Source of the DNA: Paraphysomonas bandaiensis
Lineage: Eukaryota > Protista > Chrysophyceae
DNA: 64,000 nucleotides
Assembly (NCBI GenBank): GCA_965644295.1
Contig: CBFFRP010000074.1
Location: forward strand, 62,001-126,000
Direction: 5' to 3'
The position numbers were made by a program, and so were the translations under genes. Of the stretch, positions 38,301 to 51,236 are shown piece by piece. The notes beneath the pieces were generated by a model, which had not been told where the DNA came from, searched no databases, and saw only the letters and a list, made by a program, of their open reading frames with translations. Within the stretch, counting starts at the first letter, position 1. Each line of letters opens with the position of its first letter.

Positions 38301-41247
38301 GGAATCTCAATGTGTTCTCTCCGACAGCGCTACACACACAGAAAGATAAATGAAGACCAAAGCATTTTGGAGTTGAAGAAAAAGCTAGCTAGCACCACCA
38401 AGTTAGCTGCAGATGTGAGAAGTTACTTGACGGCATATGTGAATGAAGTATTTCCCGCTGTGTTTCTGCATAAACCCGGTATGCGGAGACTCTGGGATGA
38501 GATATGCAAGCATCATAGGTATACACGTTGGATGTGAATGCTTTAGGATGAATATCCAATTATTTTATATAGATATTTTGTACTGTTCACTGCCAGTGGG
38601 GCCAATGGTGACCATGAGCGCATGCTCACAGGTAACATTTCACAATGATAATATATATTAAGTGACACTTTTTAGGAATTCACCTTCTAACTATACAGAG
38701 TATGCTGATGTTTGTTTTAGCTGTCTGCTACGATTTGGTAATTATGCATCATCATTTGTATAGAAAGTTGTTTTTACTGTATGAATATTCAGCAATATCC
38801 CCAGGATGATGGGTCGTGTGGAACACACACTACCGAGTCATCATGTCTGAGGCAAAAATCAGCTTTTGATGCTGACAAGTCCATGTGTTCATGGAATGAA
38901 GATCATGCGTCACCGTCGGGGTATACGTGTACATATATTCCACCAACCATGACTCTTTGGGTAGGTGTTTCACATATTTCGTATTGGTGTTCATTGTTAG
39001 TGCGAATAGGTGGTGGTTTTGATATCTGTGGTCGTAGCAATGGTGACAGCTCCTGTCAATTTACTGGTGGATTTTCTATTCATCGAAATTTTGTCCGCGC
39101 CGACAACGGATGCCCTTAAGATCAAAGAGCGAGAGTCAGTTGTGAAGAGGGCTGCTCGCCGAGCATCTGCTGTTGGTCGTAGAATGTCAGCTGTGTCTAC
39201 AGCAGCGGTGAAAAGGCTGCATAAAAAAGTGTTTAAAAAATCGAATTCATCTATGGAATTGACTAATATTCGAAAAACTCGAGTGGTACCTGATTCTATG
39301 GAAACGGCTCATAGTTTAGCTTCAGCATCTGTCCGAGACATTCTTTTTAATGTGAAGGAGAAAATTGACTCTGATGTGAGCACTCAAGATATTCGACGCA
39401 GAGAATCTAGCACATTCAAAACGACATACTCTTTAATGCAGCACCGGCAATCTCTCCAACTCAGAAATAGTGATATTAATAATATCCAGTTTGACCACAG
39501 TGATCCTGCTGTGAACGACCTGTTTCTTGAGCTTACTGTAGATATTGCTGATCAGCGACGAAGCCTGAAGCGTAGTCTGAAAGAAGCATTCGACAGTTCG
39601 TGGGGAATTGATCCCACTGGCGAATTCTCCAAACAGATTGAGAAGACCATCGCTTTCACTCCCAGAACAAGGAGCGCGGAAAGGACGATCAAGGAAGAGT
39701 TGAGTTTTGTACAGAATGAGACAGAGGCGAAGTTCGAAAAGCTTCGCTTTGCCACTGACGTTCAAATCGGAATGGAAATATTGCACCTTTTTATCATTGA
39801 TTTGCTTGGGCGGGATACTCCTGCTGCAAAGGTATACTGTTGCAAAGTATCTTGTTCGTGTTAATTTCTTACGTCCAGATATTTTTGACGAAGAGCGAAG
39901 AAGAGTAAGTACCTGCTAGTTTGAGGTCAGTATATATTAACCGTGAATGTAGTTTCAGGCATTCATTTGTTGTGACCCCGACCGTGAAGGTCATCGCCTG
40001 GATTGTTGTTGCATTGCTGAACCTCTTTTTTGTCTATTTCTCTGTATTGCGAGGTCTTGAGCGAGGGATTGAATGGCAGGTTTGTGAAAATTTAAGTTTG
40101 TGGTGTGTTTTCATGACAGTATGGGCAGAGACTGTTCCTGATAGCTTGCATCATGCAGTTTCTTATCGAGATTGTTTTCTATGAGGTTAGAAAAGTGCCA
40201 TATATTTTTATTTATGCGGTGTAACTATGATCGTAGACTTCAGAGTGTGCCATCGTGCACTTTTTCATTCCAGATCTAGCTCGGAATGAGGTGCGAAGTG
40301 CTGGTCTTGCTATCCATCAGGCAGTCCAGAAGGTGTGCGCGTCTACCATTGAGACAAGGACGAATATTATTCTGGATGCTCCTAGATATTTATTCGTGTC
40401 TACTAATTTAGCTAAACGGTTTCCCGATCTACTGGAGAGTATTATTGTTATGAGCTATCACACATACTCCCCTGGAGATTTGTCAAGAAAATGGCGCTTC
40501 TCTCATTATACCGGCCCATATGCTACTATGTTGAACCCTTGGTCCCGATCTTGGTCTCGTGTTGGGCGCTTTACATTCAGTGCTATGTTCGTGGGGATGT
40601 TGCAACGAATGGGAGCAATGTCACCTACTATACAACGTGTTGTAATTCATACGTTACAACCACTCGCTGTCAGTGTGCTATTTCTTGTGGGTGTATTGTT
40701 AAAGAACAACCCAATTTTTATTTGTGTGTTAGCCCCTCTGATACTGTATAAAATATACACTTTTATTCAAGACTACAACCATAGCAGCGACAACTCTTAC
40801 AGTAATAACGTTTATCCAACAGAAACGTTGCCAGACAAAGGTGGTTCCGTCTCCCCCAACAACGACAATGTGGTGTCCACTCTCCGTGATAGGCGTGCTG
40901 TCCCGGTTGACTCAGACGATGACGTTGTCAAGAAGTCTCATGAGAAAATAACACACCCTGATAAGATAGCAGAGTGCCCGCAGAGTGATAATATTACGGA
41001 GAAAAGCTTTAATGTCGCGTTTTCTGAGGCAAGTTTTTGGTCTAATAGTTCCAAATCGCTGAATGATTCCGAGGAATCACTCGACTGGCCGGATTTTACA
41101 GATGAAAATCCAGAGAAAGGTGCGCAGGCATCATCGTTCTGGAGCGCCAGCAATGGAAGTAGCTGCGCTGAAAGCGACGAGTCTTGTTCTGAGTTTACGT
41201 GTAGTCCACATTCATTTCGAGATGTCGAGTTGTTCGGCCCTGATTGA
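29342..41247 (+). CDS. Giant polycystin-1/REJ-like membrane receptor: signal peptide, plant-type LRRs, P/T/S/G repeat stalk, REJ-like region, Cys-rich/EGF, GPS-like, multi-TM
   Basis: Signal-peptide exon MNSWWTSLFVLLVIHTLQT (29342..29399), intron 29400..29480, then an ~8.6-kb exon with LxxLxLxxNxFxGxIP repeats, PTGQPSG repeats, IDASKSYDAD..YIWSC, VNSAPSPGTFAVSP..G....T.F.F....WTD (REJ-like), CECIEGFSGELC. About 10 short downstream exons carry hydrophobic helices. Confidence 0.85.
31045..33990 (+). repeat. Coding minisatellite: 12-bp (P-T/S-G/S-x) units arranged in higher-order blocks
   Basis: The blocks starting 32221, 32461 and 32701 are near-identical (240-bp period). Units diverge progressively towards both ends of the array. 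Confidence 0.95.
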
Positions 41248-41588
41248 GATATGTGTTCAGTTTCAAATATGTCGTGAATGGTATGTGTACAAGTATTATA
41301 TATAGTCCTGCAACTTAGCGGTACATATACTAATTTGTCGCGCGCTTCATCTGACTAATTGTGTGGTGTAGATAGAAAGGATATGTTTTTGATGTGTTGT
41401 ATGCTCATATTAATGTACTGGATGATAAAGTGTGCCATTGAAAAAATCGACTTGAATATCAAACTCTATAATAATATATAATCTCAGTCCATTGATTCCG
41501 AAGGTAACAAAGTAAAAAACTGTTATGATGACCCTGGTACAGTATAATAGGTCAGAATTATGTCAGTACAAGTGATAGGTCTTATTAT

Positions 41589-41625
41589 TATTGAAAGTCT
41601 TATTATTTAGCAGTAGGCGTTAATA
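41589..41625 (+). repeat. Dispersed repeat family X, 3'-terminal fragment (E)
   Basis: TATTGAAAGTCTTATTATTTAGCAGTAGGCGTTAATA matches the end of copy B (TATTGAAAGTCTTATTTTACTAGCAATAGGCGTTAATA, ~50938..50975). Confidence 0.65.
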
Positions 41626-43417
41626 ATCTGCACCAATGTAGTGGCTAGTTGAATGCTAGACAGACTGTTTATACCTCTACCCATAACTAATCAGTACAAA
41701 CTCTATTATCCTACTACGCGACCACTTCTGTTCAGGTCTTCTTAACCAGGACTTCGAAATATTACTTAAGAGTTCATATGCCACACCTGATGATGTATTG
41801 ATGAGTTGGAGCAGTGATACCCAGTACTTTCAAAGTTAGTGCCAAGTCGCGCTTGTCAGAATGATGTGCCTGATATCATACACACAGCTTTCGAGTTAGT
41901 TGCACAAGCAGGGATTAAGTGTGTTGTGAAGAAATGAAATGATGCCAATGACATCAAGAAGACTCATGCGACTACAATTTCACATTTATAATCACATTTA
42001 TGCAACCCTTGATACAACATATGTATATATTCTGTACTAGGGTCACAACCTATACATATATGTGTGAGTGAAGGAGAGAAACTCGGTTTTAGTATGTACG
42101 CATATATACATGTATACATCCAAACTGTAATAATAATAACTCTTCAATAGAATTGTATATCACAGCCCAGAGCATATAGAATAGAAGATATTGCTAATGA
42201 TTATAAACCTGCTTTAAACCTGCACAGGTTTACACCTACTGCTAGTAGTGCTTCCTTGGTAGTAAACCTTCTACCTCTACTAAAACTATCTACTGGAAAA
42301 AATAGTATAGTAGTCGTTGCAATTTAGAGTTAGATTTATTTCATAATATGTATTATCAAGTACAAGCGAGAATGTAGTATATATCAACTACTATACAACT
42401 GGTATATAAACACTAAACGCAATGATAAATAGTAGTAAGACAATATCAATTATTTGTACTTCATGTTCACATTATTTACTTCTAGTTTTCAATGTCAAAT
42501 TCTATGATATTGTAGTGGGTGATAATCAGACATCTGGGAGTCACTGCCTAAGTTTGGTCAGTATGAAGTAGTTAACTAGATTGAGAAAATAAAAGTGTGG
42601 TTGATGAGGAAAAATAGGAATCATCTAGGACAGATGAGAGACCACTACATCTAGAATCAGCTGCTGTTTTAAATAAAACACAATGAGGATCTCAAAAAGT
42701 TACTGAAGAGAATGATACGCCAATCAGTTAAACTTTCCAAGCCATTCAACATGTGACAGAGGCACTTGAGAAAGTGGTTCAATATCAGCCAGTACTTGGT
42801 GGACAAGGTAAGCATTAGCGGTAAAACAGAGTGCATAATGGTAGAGAGTATACAGTACAAAGATCAGCAAACAATTTACAATATTTTAAATTTTACTTGG
42901 AGAGTTGGTGTGTGGAGCTATTATTCTAAATGTCCGAATAGGGGGCCCACTACAATGTGACAACAAATCGAAATAACAAAAGGCAGTAGAAGGGTGGGTG
43001 ACTTGGAGCAGTTATATACTAGTTTGTATGTATACGAAGGTGATGTATTTTTCACTGTAATGATCACAACATGCCGTAGATTCGATCAAACTAAACGTCA
43101 ACGGAAGGAGATATAACACGAAGCTCATATGAGTTCAACAGGTCTGTTATAAAAACTACCGGAAATACAAGTATAATGTGGCCTTGCTGTCTCCAACTAC
43201 ATTTGCTAACAAGTGTGCGTTTGTTCTTTTCTACCCTTAGTCTGATATATACGACAGAGAAACGTATATGATGCATTCAGTGCATTACGAACAGATATGC
43301 GTAATGTGTTAGGTACCCCTAACTTTATTCACCACACTAAGAGATACGCTGATCGAACGGTCACAGAAACAAAAACAATTGCAACTATAATATATTGAAA
43401 ATTTAGTTAGCTTCTCT

Positions 43418-45709
43418 CTAATAGGAACGCTTATTGAAGCAATTTGACAGTGTTCCTTTCCTATATACCACTACGTACACGATACCTATAAGCATCACGA
43501 TGACACCAACAGAAACAATAGGGTAGAGACTTGTACTATCTGGATCACTAGATTGCGAGGTCGGAAGAAACTTTGGGCGCAAATAAACCTTGGAGGGAGG
43601 ATTCAAGTGCGCAGATACCGTGATATTCAATTGACTAGCCAGAAGTGGTCTATAACTCGGTGATATCTTCCAAGTAGGGTGCCAGTAGTTGGAGTTCAGA
43701 AACTTGAGAATGTCAGATGAATCACCTTCAGTCATGTCATAGCATCCAGGACACATCCCATCGTTTGGCCATCTAGTATTTTTCACCAATGAGTAACGAG
43801 AAAATGTCAAGTATATAACAGAGAACTATACTGAAACTAAGGGTACCTAACAGCTGTCCACCCTTCTGGCTCATCTCGTAGGCTGTCTTGGGTCTTCTCC
43901 ACATGAAAGCTCATGATGCGCTTTGTAACGTCATTATGCACTTTCCAAAGCCATAACTAAAATAAACATTATAACGGCTGCACTCATGAGTAGCCACAAC
44001 GTGCGTGCTTACTTGAAGGCCAGAGTAGTCGCTATCTTTCACATCACACCGATTGAATTTGCACTTGTCATATATATCAACAAAATGAGAACTGCGAGAT
44101 ACATATTAGCTAAACACTTTTCATACGACAAAAAGAAATTTGCCCTACCGACAGTATCTGCAGTTAAAAAGCTGGTCAACACAAAATCTGATGCCCAACA
44201 TCACCATATGTGTATTGATCCACGAACCACCAACCGCGTTTGGTGGTGGGATAGGTACTCGGGCGGATGAAACAGTCATATAGTGGAATAAAAGCCACAG
44301 TCCACAGGTATAACCTTTCTGTGACCCAGAAAATAACATATTCTCTCCCTCGTTCAAAATATACTTCTCTCTTTCATTCACAAGCACTCCACATACTCTC
44401 CAATCAGTCTGCACTATAGATGTCAGGTGGGACAACATACGCACAGTCACAATCAGAAATACTGTATAGCCCCACCAGGGTAAACCCAAATGTGGATTGG
44501 AGCTTAGTGTCGATGTCGACAGCTGATAGTAGGAGTGTGTCATTTTCAGTGCCATGATTGTGGGCAAGGGGAAGCCAATCAGCAATGGAACGAAAAGCAT
44601 TGACGGAATCGTGTCCCTTTGTAACGCATTACAGTTACACATTAGGTGGTGTGAATATACAGCGACATATACCTCCGGAAGTAGCGCAGTAACCAGTTCT
44701 AAAAATGACTGTACACCACGAAGCTTTTCCTGGAAACCAAAAACTTCATAATTTCATGGGCAATTAGTACATAAGGTGTACAACCGTTGAGAGTGAGGAT
44801 GGCAACACTTCCGTTTGCAGTAAAAAGCGCAAAGAAACAAGTGCATCATGAAGTCTATCTTCACTTGAGCTGACCCGCGCTGCCGCATTAATGGTCCTGT
44901 AAGTAGTACTTTAGTAAGGATGTATCACATATGCTCTGGGCTCAGACCGAACTATCCACTCTGCTGAGCGATGCATGTCAGTTGTATTCAATGGTGGGAG
45001 ACTGTCTAGATCGTGCGCAAGATCTTTAACTTTTCCCCGAAGGGTATTCTTACTAGAAGCTGCCTGTGTATATGATAAGCACCAATCTAACCATAGCAAC
45101 GTATCACAACTAACCGAAAAATCCTCTAAAACTACACGTACTTGACCAATTGAGTGAATATCCTTTGCTTTTACTTCCTTATCAATTGCTATAATTAATA
45201 AACCAGTCAGAGACTATCATACATATACGAAATAAGTAACATACTCTTGCCAAATCCAAACGTACGGATAGTTGGGTAGCCGTTAATTCCATATGTTTGA
45301 CATAAATCTCTATATACTCTACTATTCATATCATATGATCACTATTGATATAGTTTACCTCTGTGTGACACAGTTAATTGCTCCAAATAGAACTGTACCT
45401 TTAGTTTCAGATATATATGTATCTGCTAGTTGCATATATGCTGGTGCAAATCTCTGACAGTGTCCACACCACTATACAGTCGTTAGAATACATATGATCA
45501 ATATCCATACATACAGGGGCATAAAATACAGCTAATATGGGAGTATTCTCTGCTGTATACTTTGATAATAATTGTTCATTAAGCTCATATACGTGACTTC
45601 CCTTCTCATCATATAGATTGTTACGTGAGATACTATATACAACACAATGCGTATTTATTAGTATAAAAAAAATAGATAGGAGATGAAGTATAGCAATAGA
45701 ATACTTCAT
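43418..45709 (-). CDS. QSOX: Quiescin sulfhydryl oxidase (thioredoxin + Erv/ALR domains, C-terminal TM; many exons)
   Basis: Signal peptide. FYAP|WCGHCQRFAP after splicing, FGAINC, GYPTI, GYTCGLWLLFH, FNCRYCR, LWLWKVHNDV, WP...MCPGC, C-terminal TM. Confidence 0.9.
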
Positions 45710-46144
45710 ATGGATCCTCTCTACTGGTACTTATATACACATACGATATTTCAATGAGAAGATGAAGTGGTAAGAAGTGCAGGTTATGGTCGCTCTTATC
45801 TTCATGTCATTTTTATACACGTTCATTTGATAGAAATTGCTCTGTATATTCCACTTATACAATGCAGTATTTCTCTGTATAATCTCTCAGTTCCCCTTCA
45901 CAATACAGCAGTATTTCTCAGACTACAACATACATGCATAGAGTGAGTACATGTACACAGAGAGCAGTGCTGCCTCATATGAAGGAAGCTAGATGGGATT
46001 GTATCGATTCGACTCATTTGCATGTTCTGACACTCATTTTATGTAACAGTTACTCAGTAGTGACATGTATATATGTATTGGCATATTGGATAATGAGTTA
46101 ATAGAGGTACGTGAACACAGCGAAGCTGGATTGTCTCTATCTGG

Positions 46145-47351
46145 ATGAGCTTAGAGAATATACGCATCGCTTTCCATTTGGTTTTCCTTTACGTCTATGT
46201 TGCAACATCAGATGCGACAAGTTCGCATTCAATTATGCCTAATATACCCCTGAAGTTGCCTGCATCTCACTCGATAGACCCCACTCCGTGGGAAGTTTCC
46301 AACCTAAAGATATGTGACGAAACTATACAAATCGTAAGGTATTTGGGACAAGGGCGTTTCAGCAATGTATTCGAAGCAGTCAACACAACAGATAATACAT
46401 CTATTGCAGTTAAAGTGTTAAAACCTATATCTTTGGATAAAATAAAACGTGAGGTGTCTATTCTAAACGCTTTAAGAGGAACACCGGGTGTAGTGAACCT
46501 GCTGGGTGTGAGTCAAAATTCTCAGAGTCAAACAATCAATTTATATTTTGAATATTTGGGCAAGGATTCCCATTCGTTTTCTCATAGTGCTGCTCAACAG
46601 CATAGTGGCACATACATTTCAGGTATTTTTTGTATTACATACAAAATTACTGTTTAGGTTTCTTTGATGTCTTAGAGAATGAAGTCCGATGGTACATGTA
46701 TTTACTACTGACAGCATTGAAGGGATGTCACGAAAAAGGAATTATTCACCGGTCAGTTTATTAACTAGGAAGATTTCCGTTAGGTTGTCTAATTTACACT
46801 GTGACAGTGATGTCAAGCCACGAAACATTTTAATCAACAGGAAGTCTGCCTCGCTCCGACTTATTGATTTCGGTCTGAGTGAGTTCTACAAGCCACAAAT
46901 GCGTCTCAACAGATTTGTGGGGTCACCACGGTACAAGGCACCCGAGCTGTTGTTGGGAAGTGACATGTACTCTCCTGCGGTGGATGTATGGGCGGCAGGC
47001 TGCATCCTTGCTGGTCTGATTTTTATGCAAGAACCTTTCTTTAGTGGACAGGGTCAAAACGAAGAAATGTCGAGTATAGCAGCAGTGGTGGGGTCTAATG
47101 AAATTCACACTCTCGCGAAGAAAATGAATATAAAGCTGGATAAAGTATTGCGCAAGAGTATTGGATCCAATAAAATGAACACGCCTATATCTGAATTCAT
47201 GAATAGCGACAATAGACATATGTGCAGTTCCAATGAGGCTATCGATCTGGTGGAGCGCATGTTGTGTGTAGATATTGAGAATAGACCTAGTGCGAAGCAA
47301 TGCTTAGAGCACCCGTATTTTGATTCGATTAGAAGACAATTAAAATATTAA
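46145..47351 (+). CDS. Divergent casein kinase II alpha-like Ser/Thr kinase (3 exons)
   Basis: LGQGRFSNVFEA, VKVLKPI..KIKREV.IL, spliced GIIHRDVKPRNILI, LRLIDFGLSEFY, RYKAPELL, EPFF.G, HPYF. Confidence 0.85.
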
Positions 47352-47740
47352 ATATATTACATTTACCAAAATACCAGTTTTTTTTACTCCAGGATGTGAT
47401 GAAAACATATTGGTTCGGCACAGTCAGGTTTCTTGTATTCCAATCTAACTAATATCTGAATCCATGGAGTATTAAACCGCTAACTCACTTACGCCCTGGA
47501 GATTTTATACATTATACTACATTGCTACACTGGAACACGTAATGTGTTGAGTGTTGAGTCATTTGATCATCTTTTGTTCATGAGCTATGATATGAAACCA
47601 TGACTGCCTTTACAGTATAAAGTATAAACAACAAAGAATCAGCTAGATATATTATTAACCGTTCGTAATAGATTAAAAGTATGCGTTTGTGAAATTACAA
47701 AACCAATATTTTCTACAGTTTATATGCTACATTCAATTGG

Positions 47741-48248
47741 CTAATCCAACTTTTTCCCTTTACCCAGGATATCTTCACGAGTTAATTCTAAAACATCACC
47801 CTCTACCACTTTCTTAACATTTTCGCCATGTTGGGAGAGGTACTTCTCTATATCCCAACCTTTGTCCTCGAATACGCCCAAATGATCAGCGATTAAATGG
47901 AGATTACGGCAACTTGGACAGCGAACTACAACGCAACCTGCTGCCTATTAACACATAACAAAACGCTCTACTTAACCAACCTTTGTGGTATCCCTGTTTG
48001 CTGATCGTTTTCGCCGACCTCGTGTCACATACTGCGCACGTGTAAACCATTGTGTATTTTTCCCCTTCTGACTTTGCCCCAGGGACATCTGCAAATGCTT
48101 GTGCCACTTGATTCTTTGAGTCATGTGACGATGAGCAGAGAAGCCTTGAATACGTGGGTATCAGGGCCCGAGACTCGGCACATGCACATGCACGAACATG
48201 ATTTCCTAAACTGCGACGAAGCAACTGACTGCTACGAGTAATAAACAT
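47741..48248 (-). CDS. DNLZ: Mitochondrial DNL-type zinc-finger Hsp70 escort protein (Hep1/Zim17)
   Basis: Arg/Ser-rich presequence MFITRSSQLLRRSL, then YTCAVCDTRSAKTISKQGYHKG|CVVVRCPSCRNLHLIADHLGVF after one short intron. Stop TAG at 47743..47741. Confidence 0.9.
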
Positions 48249-48771
48249 AATCAATGATATATCTTGACAATATATTTTAGTGGTACGAGTGAACAATAGA
48301 GAGATACTGACTGGGTTATGATAGAATGGCGTAGAGGTCAGTATAATATTACGAGAATAATATGAGCTGCTTCCATGTCGTACCCACCACCACAACCCAC
48401 CAGTGCGTATTACCGCTATACCACTACCGGTATACCGTATATGAGCACCACCAGAACTACAGTGCGTATAACAACAGTATGAATATATATTGGGTATATA
48501 CTGTAATGTATTCTAGCAGTAATACACTGAGGCTAGTGGTCCAAACATGGCAGTGACAACAAAAAAATGCCCATTTTTTATCCACTAAACCCCCCCTTTT
48601 TTTGCAGTCCACCTTGAGGACAATTCCGGACCATGGTCTCATGCTCGTAAGATACAGCTGGATGTGTACCAACCATGCATAGATACATACATAGATACAT
48701 CGCCCAACATAATCATCACATCTCACATATCAAACAATTAAATCCTGCTTGATAAAAAGTAAGAAAAACAA

Positions 48772-49901
48772 ATGAATCCTTTCAAATTTAATGTCGAGGA
48801 AACACAAGGGAAACAACAGACATACAAGAAGAAATTTTCATATGAGTTTAACAAGTTAAAGTTTCCATCCAGTAACAATGAGCTGTTCAGAGGACGTCTC
48901 TACTCGAAAAATGATTCGGAATATGCGACTCTATGGCTGGAAGAAAGACGAAGTAAGAATCAATGGAGGTGTGAGATTAAATGCAGCTGTGGGCCAGAAG
49001 GTAATATATGTATGTATGTATGTAGGTATGTAGGTATGTATGTATGTAGGTAGGTATGTATGCATGCATGTATGGATTTAGCTTGATATTATCTTATTAT
49101 ATGTTTTGTTGGAAAGGTTTACCTGAAGAGGCACTGATAGCTGTACTGCGGGTAAGACTCCAAATACATATATATATAATAGCTGTATTGATTGCTGTTA
49201 AATAGAAAGCCTTGGAAAACATCGATTATAGAAGTCTCGATCACAAACGTTCATCGGATGACCCCGTCCTAGATATGACCGAAGAGGTTCTGATATTAAC
49301 TCTCAGCATGTGTGGAGGGGTGTGGAGGCCTGAATATAAGTTCCCGTTGATCCCAATTGGTGTAGAACGTTTAGATGTCCTAGAAGCTAAGATACGAGAC
49401 TTACAGGATGAGATTAAGGAGCTGCGCTCGTCGACTACAGTGTATCTTAGTTTGGCGTCCAACGGGAGCAATGAACAACAAGCAATAAAGTGGACGGGAT
49501 TTTTCCCAGGACGCCACTTGCCTGAGGAGTTATCATTGTCGACGAATGGTGATCAGATAAGAGTACATATGCCTGGTCTATATCAAGTGGATGCCCGCGT
49601 GTGTTTTAGTGTCGTCGGTAAATATGTTTCCCCTTGTCTATCCTTGAAGCGAAATGAGGTTGCCATTTCCCAGACGACTTGCACGATGATTGGCGACAAC
49701 CCAAATCCCACGCTTTCCGGTTTTGGCAATGCTACTACCGCTGCCGGCGCAGCTACTACCACTCTTGGCAACACAGTTAACATACATGAGATCTTGCGGC
49801 TTACCAAGGGAGATATTATACAGTTTCAGCATAGTAGCAATGCATCTGTACATGGTGGCGTCCTCACCAACCGATTGACAATCCTATACCTTAGTGCATA
49901 A
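48772..49901 (+). CDS. Uncharacterised protein: N-terminal globular domain, coiled coil, C1q/TNF-like beta-sandwich (3 exons)
   Basis: LWLEERRSKNQW, coiled coil LDVLEAKIRDLQDEIKELR, C-terminal IRVHMPGLYQV...ILRLTKGDII...LTILYL resembling C1q/TNF-like strands. Confidence 0.6.
49007..49075. repeat. Intronic (TATG/TAGG)n microsatellite
   Basis: atgtatgtatgtatgtaggtatgtaggtatgtatgtatgtaggtaggtatg lies inside the first intron. Confidence 0.85.
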
Positions 49902-50583
49902 ATAGCTCAATGTGGAATGTGCTTCCTTTTAGTGACTTCGGCTGTGATGATAAAGCAAACGTTCTCTATTTTCCACTGCAAGAGCCCACGATTAAAACGA
50001 TATCTCTATAATGATGGGGCGAAATATGATTATTACATGTCATACCATTTTTTATAAGAATTAATGTGAATTATAGCATTTAACTGTGATATCTTTCGTT
50101 TTACTATGGATTTGTAGGCATATGATGTATATCTCAACCTTACATATCAAATTTATCAATTTCGTAGTACAACACTAAGACAACCACCCGAGTTATATAC
50201 TATCCTTCGCTTGTTGTGAAAGAATGATATGCTGGACTTTGCAACGACTTCAAGAATGTTACTTGAGAGTTGAAATGTCAAATCTGACGGTGTATAACAT
50301 CTTGAGTATGTAGGTTAGTATCATTTAGTAATTGCAATTCCATAAACTGGGACACCAAATCAATTGATATGCAACCCTGCCAAGTACCCAAGTACCAATA
50401 AATTATTATTAGTATATGTTGATTTTTGCTTGTTCGTAGGGTTAAAAGCTGTATTCTGTTAAGGGGCAGGTAGTTGAAGAATATATACATGAACTAATAA
50501 TATGATATGAATTATGTTTGTGAAACTGATATACATGGACTGTAAAAAATCGTGACTAGTAGTGAATATCTGACTATTGGCAT

Positions 50584-50975
50584 TAGGCGTATAAGAGTCA
50601 GAATTAAAAAATATCAAAACAATTTAACAAACTAGTGCCTAAAACCCTGATAAAATATATATATCCTACTCATTAACGCTACGAGAGCTGTTTGTGAGTC
50701 ACCAGAAGCACCAAGGTGTAACCACGTTTGCTCTATCACTCAAGGCAAACAGAGTGAGCAAGCATTATGTTACTGGACATCTGATAACTTCAGGATAATA
50801 TTATAAGTGGGCAGAATATTATCTGGTGACTATATATATATATGATATGATATATGATATACATATGCGGCTCACGTTAGTTTTCCGGAGAAATATAACT
50901 CCGGTACTTATCCCCCAGAACACCACGAAAAGGTATATATTGAAAGTCTTATTTTACTAGCAATAGGCGTTAATA
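50584..50975 (+). repeat. Dispersed repeat family X, copy B
   Basis: Homologous to copy A at both ends but with a different AT-rich middle. Ends with a direct copy of the family start motif (..AGCAATAGGCGT). Confidence 0.8.
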
Positions 50976-51236
50976 TGAACGACTATATACAATGTCCATG
51001 AAAGGCGAATATAGAACACTTGATTTGAAAATGTGCTGTTAGGACTTTACAATGTACAACTACCCCTCTAAGAATCTTGTGATCTCAAGCCTGTGCGCAG
51101 AATACAATTTCAATCACGTATATAAAACTTGTAGAATGCTGTGATACTATACGTAGAATTGTATTGTACGAACCAATTTACAACATATTGATTATTTTTG
51201 ATGTCTTCAACGACAAAGATCTAATATCATACATTG

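Noticed and set aside
38110-40260. Apparent frameshifts/pseudogenisation of the giant receptor, and likewise of QSOX, RRP9 and the MLO-like gene
   Set aside because: Breaks coincide with short GT-AG introns; no need to invoke stop-codon reassignment or decay.
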